Shown piece by piece: positions 39,812 through 62,523 of a stretch of 64,000 nucleotides of DNA. A program made the position numbers and the translations under genes. The notes under the pieces were generated by a model. The model did no database searches. It was not told the DNA's origin and saw nothing but the letters and a program-made list of their open reading frames with translations. Numbering within the stretch: position 1 is the stretch's first letter; each line of letters opens with the position of its first letter. Origin of the DNA: Lingula anatina (lineage: Eukaryota > Animalia > Brachiopoda); contig CM120644.1 in NCBI GenBank assembly GCA_051362555.1, forward strand, positions 7,882,954 to 7,946,953, written 5' to 3'.

Positions 39812-42154
39812 AGAGAGATAAAGAATTAAATATATCAAAAAAGGATTATTTGGACTCAGCCCTAAATAAAACTTTTTAATTAACACTCGAAGCTTTGCAC
39901 TAGACGGAGACCCTTCTGCGTCCCTTAGTAGGCCCTACTGCCCCGTTTGAGAGTAAAAAAAATCTGGTCGATCATTGAGCATTCATTTTGCAACCAAAGC
40001 TATGCTTGTGCCTCCTTTCTACGACCACAGCAATGCCAGTTTCATGGTGGCACAAACGACGCAGAAAGGAAGCCGTAAAGTGTAAAGGGTCATTCATTTT
40101 TTCCCCCAGAGTGCACTTTTAAAGATCGCTGTCATGTGCAAATGAACAATGCAGGCGCCAAGCGTCCGCGTGCAGGGACGGGGGGACATTTTTCATTAAA
40201 AGTAAAATTAAATGTTCATATAAAGAAAACAGTAGTAATATGTTGAGAACGTGTTGGGAAATATTTCTTTTTTCATTCCAAATGAAAAGGAAAATTTGCA
40301 AATATTTTCTACGATCTCATATTTGTGCAAATACAAAAAAGTAAAATGCAAATTTTGTTTCTTATCATTTCTAAAATAGCCTTCACTCATTGAGTTTTAC
40401 CTTGGATGAAAAATTAAAAATAAATGAGAAAATAATACAATTCAGAAGAAAACACCACGTGAATTATGTATGCTAAAAATAAGTGTAAAATCAAAATAAA
40501 GCCACAATGTAAGTGTGATGCGTTAAAAAAAAAAAATGCCCACCCACTAGCCCACCAATGAAATTTTGGTTGTGAAACGGGGCAAGTCAAACTTAGGGCC
40601 TTCTGGACTAACGCCCTTGGATCCAATTCCCTTAAATACCAGGTGTCCCATAGTCTACTGGAGTACGTAGATGGGCCCAACTCTACTTGTATAATTACTA
40701 GCTTTTCTGTATTTTACTCAATTCCAGGAGGCTTGTCATTCAGTTAATCTGATTGCATTCAGCAAGAGTCCCCGCAGAGTTGGATCTATCTATGTATACC
40801 AGTGGTCTCTAAGGGAATGGTGCCTAAGAGAAGCAGCTCCTCTCACCACAATTTTTCTCAAAATTGGGCAACTAAATTTCCAGGAATACCTGACTGACAG
40901 ATCTAATCACATTATTGATCTGATAAAAACAATTTTGGGTGCTGTAAATTATTTTAATATGTATTGAAGATAATCAGAACAGCTTTTACAATTTTTCAGA
41001 CATCTGATCCGATATGAAAATTTCAGAAACTTTTATATTAAAGCTCAAGTGCCAAATCTGTAAAATAATACTCTGCTGTTAACAAGTGGCTAACATGCTG
41101 TATGTTAGTTACATGTTACTATTTATGTTAAGTCAATCAAACTCAAAAGGTAATATTTAATATTTTATTCACTCACATTAATTTCTATAAATAAATAATA
41201 AAAAGAAAAAAAAATGGACAGAGAGATATAATGTGAAAGTGAAATGAAATGTTCATTAAAAAATTCAATGCATGTACAACAGATACTTAGTAACAAATAA
41301 CCAGACATAAATTATATGTCCACATCATTTAAAACCTTCGCTTACACTAGCTTCCCTTGATCCTTAGTAACCATGATTCCAAATCTCAAAGGCCCATGTC
41401 TTCAATACTATTACATGTCACAAGTCGTGGTATAATTAATGATAATATACATATTAATAAAAAGAAAAATAAATGCACATATTAGGACTTAATATGGAAA
41501 ATTGATGCTGTCAGAAAGTAATGCTTACAAGGCCATGTTAACCATACTGACCTTTTCACCTTAATAAACTGATTGTGCTTTGTGTCATTTGCCAATTAAG
41601 TATATGGTCTGACTTTCGATTATACAATGAGAAATATTTTCATAAAATAAAGTCATCTATATGCCTGGTGCAATACCAATATCACAGCTGCCTCTCTTTA
41701 TCTCCCTCTAAAAATAAGTCACAACCTTTATAGAAACTTTGTTTACACAGAAATTAGACATCAATGAATTACATAGTTACTTCACAGAAATATTCGTACA
41801 ATATTTACAATTGTTGGTTCATCTGCTGAATTAAGACCTCATATCTGAGCTATTGTAACTTAAGAAATAAATAGACCCTTCACAAAACTGATATCATATG
41901 AGAAATACCCCACCCCCAATGCTTCATTTGACGTGCTTGTTCCCAATTTCAGCATATAAGTTTGTATCTTACTAGTAAAACATAAGATAAACAACACAAA
42001 AAATTATGCTGGAATATGTAACTAGACTTGATGTTCATGCTGAAAGTATCTTAAATATACGGTACATGTACCAGTGCATGCAAGCACTCAGTAAATTTAT
42101 CCAGAAAAAAAATATTGGTATTCTTCTCCAAAAGACTGGAAAACTGCTAGCTTC

Positions 42155-44274
42155 TTACAGGCACATTGTACATTGCAGAAACTGAAAAAATAAGAAATGA
42201 AATAAAATATAAATATTTTTTGGTTATGTCAAATTGTTGCATGAATTTGTAAGGTACCAGTATTTTATACATTTCTACTAGATAAAACTTTTCTATTTTC
42301 ACAGCAAAAATAATTCATTTAAAGCCTTTAAGTAAAGGGATAATAACTCTTCATTTTCGTCAAAAAACAAATTTTCCTGGAATAAACAACAGAGTACAGC
42401 CATCAATGGAGGTCACGTGGTCTAAAGACAAGCTCAGATGTCAGAATAATAGCTATAAATGCCATTTTTGTGGTACAACAGAATATATTGAAATTTCTAT
42501 GAGTTGTTCACAATGTTTTCTTTTTTTGTGAAATATAGATCTCATACAAAGAGTCATTATCCCTTTAAGTGTATTACATTCTGGCCTAAACATTAAGAGT
42601 AAAATCCTGAACCATTAACTCTTTTATTCTGAAATACTAGTAGATTGCACTTCTTTGCTATATATTTAATATATAGATGACTTTAAAATGAAGGTACTTA
42701 AATCAGAATAAAGCTTACATCATCATAGCTATAAGTGTATTGTCCTGTTTCATGCCCCCTATTCATTTGTCTATCTCTAGCTCTGAAAGCCTCTGTAACG
42801 AGAAAAAAGATTTCAAATATATATATATTGATAAAATAAATGATAACAAAAATAATTAAGACAGAAAATAAGTATATCTGTTCATAACTAAATGAATCAT
42901 AATGAAAATTATAAACACTGCAAACAATTGTTACTTTTACTATATCATTTTCAAAGTTTGAGGAACATACCACAAGTTGAAAATGTATTTTTTTTTCACA
43001 CATTTTTCTGGCGACTCAGACATGGGGAAACTGTCAGCCAAACCAGCCATGACTGCCAATTTTTGAAACTACAGGTCGACTTATAATATGTAATTGATTG
43101 TTGGGAACTTGCAGCAAGTGTCAAATTAAATCCCAAATTCAATTTTTGTAATTGTTTGTATAAGTCCACTGTCTTTATCCCAAGCATTAAACACTGACCT
43201 GTGTAGGCTCTTAATCTGACACTAAGAGATACAAAATCATCAAACGCAATCAAACATTTTCCATCATCCATGGCAGTTGAATAACGCTTCAAGAGCGTTG
43301 TCATTGCTTGCTGAGACAGCTTGTATCCTAAAAAGCAATTAAATGAATTAATGGATAAATTACTACTAGTATTTATAAGCTTCAAGAATGTTGTCATTAC
43401 TTGCTGACAGAAAACTTGTCTCCTTAAATCCATTATGGGAATTCATGAATAAATGACTACTACTGCTAGTATTTATAAAAGCTTCAAGAGTGTTGTCATT
43501 GCTTGCTGAGATACTAGTAACTTGAATCCTAAAATCAAAGTATTTTTTTTTTTGCTTTGAAAACTTTGTCAAGCTTGAAAATGGGTTGCTGAATAATTTT
43601 TTACAAGTTTGTCACTTAATTTGGCCAAGGCATTAAAATACATTCTAAAACAATTTTTAGTGTGACAAAATTTTCAAGTCTTTACTGTATGCTGCAGACA
43701 TTCTGAACACATGCACCAAAACGAACAATGATTAATGTTATATGTACTCAAACAATAGAAATTGTTTAATAATATTTCTTTATAAGTTTACTTACCATAC
43801 TTAGTAGATATGATAGTGTGGAGTTCTGAGGCCTCTATATACTTAGACCTGTTGACATCATATTGGCAAAATGTCTGGTACCAGTATACCAAACACTTGA
43901 GTAATTCGCTGAACTCATTCCAGCCCATTATACCATTTCTGTCTCTCTGATATATCAAGTTAATATGCATACAATACAATACAAACCACAATATATATTT
44001 ACATTTGGTGGTGTTAAAAAGTGTGTTTTTTTTAAATGACATGTAATCACCATCTGCAGCTATGTGCATATACAAAATGAGCAGAGGAAGAATAAATATG
44101 AGCCCTGTTACAAAACAAGGACTCAATGGTGACTTTAGGGAGTTGGAGAAAATTAATTTAAAATATATTTTAAGATTATTAATAGGGCAAGCAAAAGAGT
44201 TTTCTATACAGCATTTTCTACATTAATTATTATTGAATATTTTCAAAACAATTCAAATGTCTTCAGATCTTATT

Positions 44275-44371
<97 letters not shown>

Positions 44372-46040
44372 GATGACAACACAAAGTAAAATAAATCAAA
44401 ACCAGATGGTAAACACTGGTAGGCTTTGTCAACTTCACTAATTTTTTCACTTCAAAATGCAAAACCAGTGCACATGTGTGTACATTTGATTCTTGTGCTT
44501 ACCAACTGCATGTTAGTGTTAGACCTTATAAACAGGAAAAAAAAAGAAAAAGAAACTGCAGATAATTTCAGAACCTCATCTGTCCCAATCTTGTCACTAT
44601 TATTATTATTATTATGACGTGCAGCTGTTTCATGTGTTTTTAAAAGGATACATCCAACATGGCAATCATTATCCTGTACAAAAAATAATTAAATATTTTT
44701 AATAATAATAATAATATCCAGGGCAGGGCAGCAAGTAGTTTGAAATGCCATTTTAAATTTATCTGACACACTAGGCTGAACTGATTTATATGAAATATAT
44801 ATATTCCTTAAAAAGGCAAAGATTAGAAAACACAATTTCTTAAGACGATGTAAATTACATAATGAAGGCTCTAAATTTATGACTACAATTATGAAGAATA
44901 AAAAGGAATTATTCAATATGCTGCACACTTCTTTCTAGAACTGAACATACTCACTTGCATAGCTCAAGACTCCAGCTAACTAAAATTAAAAAAATGCAAT
45001 GATTGAAGAACAAAATCAGTTTATGCATATATTACCATAATTTGTGATTTTTAGTTTATATTGATTTAGCACTGAAATATTTTAAAAATTTGAAGTGTAA
45101 TCCCTAAATTAATCTGAAAATCAGGCTTAATCTGAATTAAATCTATTGGCAGCTTACTTCCATAGTAATCTCTTATGTTTTTGGTTTCATTCAATATTTT
45201 GCAAAGTGCCTCTCCTTGTATTCCCCCTAGTCTTTGGGAAGCATAACTCATGAAGACTTGCTGAAGAGTCTGCTCTGTACTGAACTGCATAGCCTGAAAG
45301 AATTAATATATATTTGTGCATACTCACATTCATTTAGGATTGATAAAAATTGGAAACATTTTGTTCAAAAAGTATAATTTAGAAAACATGTCCAGTATTA
45401 GGAACATTAATATCTATCTTTACATTTGGGATCAAACTTAATTTTTATACCTGTACTTTTAAACTGTTGATTTTATTTTCCCTGTTGAATCTATATTACC
45501 CTCCAACAGACTGCTTAGCAAACTCAAATATATTAAGTTGTTAATGGAAACATATATGCCTTTAAACCTTGCCAGATGGGGGTGGGGTGGGGGATAAATG
45601 ATGGGGGTGGGGTGAGAAGGGGGATTTAACCCAAAGATCTCTACCTTTAGAAAAAAAATGAAACAATAAACTAAGACATAAAATATTATACATGGAACTA
45701 AACATGTTCTTGCACAAGTGAATATTCATACAATGAATAATAAATAAACAAATAAGTAAATAATAAATGCATTAAATTACTTAACTAAAAAAAAAAAAAC
45801 ATTTGGACTTTTATTTGGTTTCCCCACCTGCCAGGCATTGGTCTCAAACACGTTCTTGTAAAACGGCTGATGGTAGCTCCCGTAGGTGGCACTGGCCTGT
45901 GGAGGCGGCTGGTGCTGGTTGATCATGCCGTAACCATGGGTAGGTTGGGGCTGGCCGAACTGCTGCTGTTGTTGCCAACCTTGCGCCTGACCCCACCCTC
46001 CGCCCTGAGGAGGAGGAGCTGACTGGCCCATCGGATACAT
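42155..46040 (-). CDS. Penta-EF-hand calcium-binding protein, sorcin/grancalcin-like, 8 exons
   Basis: Exons (minus): 46040-45828, 45293-45158, 44979-44955 (25 nt), 44673-44652 (22 nt), 43946-43796, 43327-43199, 42792-42719, 42181-42155; phases are consistent. G/P/Q/Y-rich N-terminus, then [94 protein letters not shown]. Confidence 0.9.
42333..42568. mobile_element. Kolobok-like MITE, internally shortened copy
   Basis: aaagggataataactctt ... agagtcattatccctttaa termini; core shared with 8956-9300. Confidence 0.7.
43947..44651 (-). other. U12-type (minor spliceosome) GT-AG intron
   Basis: Donor reads GTATCCTTTT (U12 consensus RTATCCTTT). The 3' end gcatattaacttgatatatcag has a TTAAC branch-like motif close to the AG and no polypyrimidine tract. 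Confidence 0.8.
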
Positions 46041-46513
46041 GGTTTTCTTTTGAGTGTTGACGAAGTTGAAAGTCAGTTTACGTCTTCCCAGCAACGGAAA
46101 GTAGGTCAAATTTGCTCCGCAGCGAATGTGCTTGCAACAGTATTAATTGAGTTTTCTTAAGTTCACATAAGTTTTCTCAGTTTGCATTGCGGATTTATAT
46201 TATATATATTTATTTAGTTAAAAAGATATTAAAATAATTCAATGTTAATGAGAAAATTATAATCCCATCGTTAAAGTGCAGAATAACCACTAACCTCGTA
46301 AGGAAATTGGAAAATAAATATTATTGCTACTGTTTAGAAACTTGGTGAATTTCTTTACCACGCGTATGTTCCATGTCAAAATTGTATACTTTGAAGGTGA
46401 AAGTACATTCTATCTAAACTTGAAGTAAAATAGGTATTTATTGCTGTCTGAAACTCTCGACTTCGGAAAGTCTCAACTCCTTTCGAGACTCATTGTTTTC
46501 ATATGCAGCCAAA
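46041..46513. promoter_or_regulatory. Probable bidirectional promoter between the sorcin-like gene and KAT2
   Basis: Divergent start codons at 46040 (-) and 46514 (+) are only 473 bp apart. Confidence 0.6.
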
Positions 46514-56834
<10,321 letters not shown>

Positions 56835-56930
56835 GAACTTAATTTTTTTTTCCTTAAGGAAGAAAAATCATTATGATGACTAGTGACTACAGGTGCAATA
56901 GAATTTTTTTATTCATATTTTGTATTTTAA

Positions 56931-58530
56931 TTAGTACCACCAGTCTGTACGCTGGCGGTACTCATGGTTTTAGTCCCGACCCGTCTCGTACAGCTCCACC
57001 GGCTCCTGCAGCTCTGCCGGCTCCGCAGGATGGCGTGGGATACAAGTCACCGTTATCGCTTCTCCGCGAGACCGCGAGGACCTGTGTCCCCATCTCTTGG
57101 ATTTAGGTCACATATAATCTCAACTTGAACCCCTTGGTTTTTTGTCTCAGTTGGTGCATTGGCCTGTGCGTGGCGTTTGTTCAAATGCACCCTCGTCAAA
57201 ATTTTTGAAAATTCAATGCTAAATATCTCCCAAACTGAAGGAATTATGGGAAAAAATTCTACAGAATCTTGACCGAAAGTCATATGTGGAGATTCCAAAT
57301 ATGCCCTTGGATTTGACTTTTGACCTTTATTTCAAGGTCAAACAAGCCAAAATTTTCTAAAAATGGGAATTTTCTGCAAAAAAATCTTTGTTTTTGCCAA
57401 TTTTCAGAAACTACACAGACCTAAGCTCTCATATCATAGTGAGGGGTTACAATTAGGGACTCTTTCATCTTTGGGAGTTTGGGGTCAATTGGTGCATTTT
57501 CACGGGAGAAGCAGCCATTAGATGCTGAAACTGAAAACTCTCTCTTATTCTGGAACCATAAATGCTTGAGATGTCTTGTTTGTTGCATTTTGTAGAGCTT
57601 GTCAATGCCAATACTGGCAGTAGTGTCCGTTTTTTTGTTTTCAATACGGTTTAGGAGTTACGCTATATCAAAAAGTACAACGTTACAAGACTTAGTGGTG
57701 AAAATAAGATTTGAAATACTCCAAAATTAGCAGAGATGCGTCCATAGTTACTATTGAACTTAATTAGGAATTCAAATACTGGCAATCTTATTGTGACCTT
57801 GAAATTGACCTTTGACCTACTTTTCACCATGAACTGAACTTTGCAAATTTGCTCTCTTATATCTCGAAAACTGGCAGGGATACGCCCATATTTACTATTG
57901 AACATGAATAGGAAGCCATATACTGGCTATCTAACTGTGACCTTGAAATTGACCTTTGACCTACTTTTCACCATGAACTGAACTTTGCAAATTTTCTCTC
58001 CTTTACATCTCGAAAACTGGCAAAGATACGCCCAATGTTACTGTTGAACTTGAATAAGAACTCACATTTTGGCAATCTTACTGTGACCTTGAATTTGACC
58101 TTTGACCTACTTTTTCACCATGAACTGCACTTTGCATATTCTCTGCCCCTCATATCTTCAAAACTGGCAGAGATATGCCCAGTGTTTCTCCTGGGTTTTC
58201 TTTTTATTCAACATATATGCAACGCTGATAACACATTTCAAGGAAAACCCAAATGTCGACTGTCTTGAAAATCACAGGAGTGATCAATATTACAAAAATA
58301 CAGCTTAATTCAAAAATAAGCTTGATCAGACTATTTTTACAGTTATGCTGTTTTTTCACTTCTTTTTGCATATTTTGAGAACTCTTGTTTATTGCATTTT
58401 ATAGAGCTTGTCAAGCTCAGCACTGGTGGTGATGGTCGTGACCCGTTTTTTTTTGGTTTTCCATACAAATGCGCTTACTCCAGCTGGTGGTACTATAACA
58501 GGAGGCGGTATCGCCTCTCTGATCCTCTAG
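56931..58530 (+). mobile_element. Helentron/HINE-like element (~1.6 kb) with internal ~145-bp tandem repeats
   Basis: 5' agtaccaccag (56933-56943) and subterminal inverse ctggtggtact (58484-58494); 3' hairpin gaggcg-gtat-cgcctc then ctag plus T; internal repeats tgtgaccttgaa.ttgacctttgacctactttt at ~57792, 57936 and 58082. Confidence 0.75.
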
Positions 58531-59900
58531 TTTCTACTAAGAAATGCATTTTCTGAAAATGCAAAACTCTTTAGCAAATAGGATTGGATAATGAAATAAA
58601 TTGGAAATTTGCAAGACTGGGACTAAAATCCTCCCTTTCTTCTGTAATATGTAATGCCACATATTTTGATAGGAAAATAGCCATATTTGTTTGATAATGT
58701 TTTCTGCATAGCAGACAGAAATTATATCTGGAATACCATTGTCAATAATGCTATCTAGATAAAAAATCAATGTACACTGATTTTGTATCACTTTTTTCAT
58801 GTGTTCTTTTGTTACCTTCTTACTAATTCATTGTTGAAGATTTTCAGCAGCTTTCAAAACGCAATAAAGATCTCCGGTCAGTTCAAACAGTATTTCAACA
58901 TTTGTGGAACTGCTGTTTGATATGAAAGCTGACTAGCAAGATCTCTGTAAAAGCTTAACATCAATAAGTGAATAAATTAAAGTTTTCATTCCTGCACATT
59001 TTACTTTCAGACTTACAATGTAAGAAGGCATTTGTCTGTCATTGATATGGAAAAATAAATAAATAAAAATTAGGAAAAAGTTATTAAAAGTACGTAAGGC
59101 CTTTTCACACCAAGTAATTTACATTGAAGCAAAATGGGTGACCCAGTTGTAAAACCCTTGATAATACTCTCATTTAAAGTTAAATTTGTTATGCAACATC
59201 CATTGATTGCTGTGTATCAAAGCCAATCTTAAGATATGCATGTGCAATTTTTCCTCTCTCAGATACATGTTAGACTTGGTTTGAGTTCTTTTGCTAACTT
59301 CTTTAACGTCTTCCAAAAACCATAAGAATTCTTTGTCACCCTGATTTTTTTCCTGTCATTTTATGGATGTTTTGGTAAAACATACGTGTTTATAAATGTA
59401 GATCTAAATGTCGAAAGTGAGTTTTGGACGCTACTTGTCGAAAACGAGCTAAACTTCTCCCACTGTGTTTTAATATTTGAATCTATATGGTCTCTAGAAT
59501 AAGTCTTACAAAATTTTTTTTAATTTAAGCAAAGATGGTATTTTTTTAATTAAAATGTCATGGATTCGAACATTGTATTGGCTTATCTTGAGAAAAGCGC
59601 CATCTTCACAAATGTTGATTAGAAAAATTGGGTCAAAGCTATCGCAACCGTGACCTCAAAGACACCTGAAGAAGTTGTGATGAAAACGGCTTTAGCGAAG
59701 TATTTGAGTGTGCAAGTGTTTATATTGTCGAAATTTAAGCAATACCGAGCCTAATGTAAACAATGTTGTCGTTGCCATGAGCGGAAAAAGTGACTGTGGA
59801 CTGAAACATTCGCGTTAACCCGCACTTGTTTTGATTGCTGCCGGCTGCAAGGACGCAACTAAAATTTCAAGTAGCTGATGGTTGATTTGTACTGCTGAGA

Positions 59901-62523
59901 ATGCCTCGGGCTTTCCTGGCAAGGAATAAGCACAAGAGAGGGAATGAAGAGGAGACGGAAGGTGTGTACAACTGACCTCTTTCGATCTGTTTAAAGATGT
60001 TAGTTTTTGGGTCCAAAATGGCTGCTCTTTTGTTGCGGTGAAATTAACTGGAGGTGAAGGTCGCGTGCCTTTTGCCTTCTTGTGAAACTAATACTTAAAG
60101 GGACTGTGCTTTACTTTTTACTCCATTATTTTAATAAATTCATTTAAATTTTTAAAAAATATCCTACCAATCTTGTCTTAGGCTTCACGCCCATGAATAA
60201 ATTTAAATAAATGAATAGTAATAATAATGAAAAATTGTAGATCTATTTTTGCAGTATCCCCCCCCCCCCCTATATTATAATATAATTCTCTTATTTTAAT
60301 GTTAATCAAAATTAAGCTATGTGGTGACTTTGATCAATAGTCAAATAGATTTTAGTTTGGATATTCATAAAGAATTTTTAAGAATTTTTTTTTTTTTTTT
60401 TTTTTTTGGTGTAGATCGAGATATTATTTTTTTTTTCCTTGAGGAAAATAAGATTGAGTGCTAAAATCCTATATTAAAAGTGCTTCAGTTACTCGATTGT
60501 GGCTTATTTTCACAGATGAGGTTGATCAGAAAAGGAGAAGGCCCACCCTCCCCACACGTCCATATAGTCCAGAAATACCCTGGAAACTGGCAGAGGAGGG
60601 GCTTAGAGGGAAGAAACAACAGAGGAGAAGCAGATCATCTGGGGTAATAAAAAGGGGCATATCAAACAAATAGTGCACAGTTCTGATGATTTAGAAAAAG
60701 GACATTTCAGTGTGGCATTGTATTTGTTGTGACTGGAAACAACATTGTTTAATGTGATACGGTGTTGACATAATTACAGATTTTTTATTTCGAACCATTT
60801 GTGGTTGTAACATATCTCAAGCACTTACTAGTAAACTTATTCTAATACTTGCGTTTTGAAAAAAATATTTTTTTATTTGTTAGGCATGAACACAACTTCA
60901 ATGACATATAACTATTGAATAGTTTATTTCTGATGTCAGTAGCTAATTCTGTGAGAAACATTTCTTTATTCGATTCCTATTATGTGGAAATTAGTGTTTA
61001 CATAATATACAAATGGAATAAATATTTACTTGTAATTCTTGTAGAAAGAAACAATGCAGCAACAGACAGATAGCATTACTGACAACAGACAAGCATCAGA
61101 AAAAGAAATATCATATGATGACAAATTTTCCAAGAAACAACAAATCAAGGCAAAGGAGAAAAATGAACCAAACAAAAGCCCCAGAAATAATAGACCTGGA
61201 ATGATAGCCAAAAACAAGAAAATAAAAGTAACAAAAGGAAAAAAGCCAAAAGTTTCTGAGAAGTTAGAAAGTCTTAAAGACAGTAAGGACCCTGAGAAAT
61301 CTCCCCATGAAAGCATTGATCAGCAGTTTAATGAGACTGAGACTGGTGGCAGTACAGAGGCATCAGAGATCACAGCGGAAAATGATGACAAGGTCACAGA
61401 CGAGATGTCCAATAATACACATGAGGATGCTGTTCTGAACACCAAAGTTGAGGTCCACAAGGACTCTGATGGCAAAATGATCACTAAATATATCTGCACC
61501 ATATGCTGGAAGGAGTTCACTGCCAGGTTGGTGTTTTTTTATTGAAAGTGGTAATTACATGCATATACCTGATTTGAAATTTGCTGGCATTTTTGATAAG
61601 ATACAAGATTAAATCATTCCATCGATCTCTAAAGGAAAATGTTGATACAGTAACAGTAGTAAGGACAGATTTTAGCCAATTGCTATTTTTGATTTTACAA
61701 TTTAAAGAATTTGACTTTTCAAAATATTCTCTTTGTCAAGGTACACACTGCTGCGCCACATGCCTGTCCACACTGGGGAGAGGAAATACAAGTGTGACAT
61801 CTGTGGCAAAATGTTTAAACAGGTTTGTAGCACTTCAAATCTGTGGCATTCTTCATCAGTGTTTTCCTCTCCATTCTGTAAAATTTTGGGTATTGGAGAT
61901 GAATGATTTCACATTTTTGATCCAAGTTTCACTAATTTAATTACTGAATTTGTAGGAAAACTGTAATTTTCATTTTCACTTGCTAAGTTTATTTTCCTTC
62001 TTTGCATATTAATAACTGCCTGTACATATACTTTTTCATCATTTCCACTTTTCAAAACTAACTTCCTTATAAACAACATAATGTCTGTATATATTTACAT
62101 GCTTAGCTGCATATGCTTTCAGAAAAAAACAAATTACAGCTGTGTGATGCACTAAAACAAACTACAATGATAGTAATTTCTGTTTTGAATCAACAGCTAC
62201 AGTTACAGCATAAAAATTGTTCATCTCCAATATTTCTGTATAAGACTGATTGTATCTAGAGCATCTTCAACAGGAAACAATGCTATTCATGTACTTATAT
62301 TTTGTCCTCTCATTCAAGTCCAGCGTGTTATGCAGACATAAAGCCACCCACACATCTGCCAGGCCATACGTTTGTGCCACATGTAACAAAGCTTTCTCCA
62401 GGGTCTCCACCCTGAACGCCCATAAGCTGATCCACTCGGGTCAAAAACAATTCAAGTGTGAACAGTGTGGCAAGCAGTTCCATCAGAAGGGTAACTTGAA
62501 GAACCACATGTACACTCATACAG
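59901..62523 (+). CDS. SNAG-domain C2H2 zinc-finger transcription factor with Fez/Fezf-like fingers (3' exons not identified in window)
   Basis: Exons 59901-59961 ([10 protein letters not shown]..), 60516-60643, 61045-61526, 61741-61822, 62319-62523, all in phase. Fingers: [109 protein letters not shown]; a donor follows at 62524. Confidence 0.88.

Noticed and set aside
57740-58190. Regularly spaced repeats considered as a CRISPR-like array
   Set aside because: The whole unit repeats, with no unique spacers; eukaryotic transposon-internal tandem repeat.
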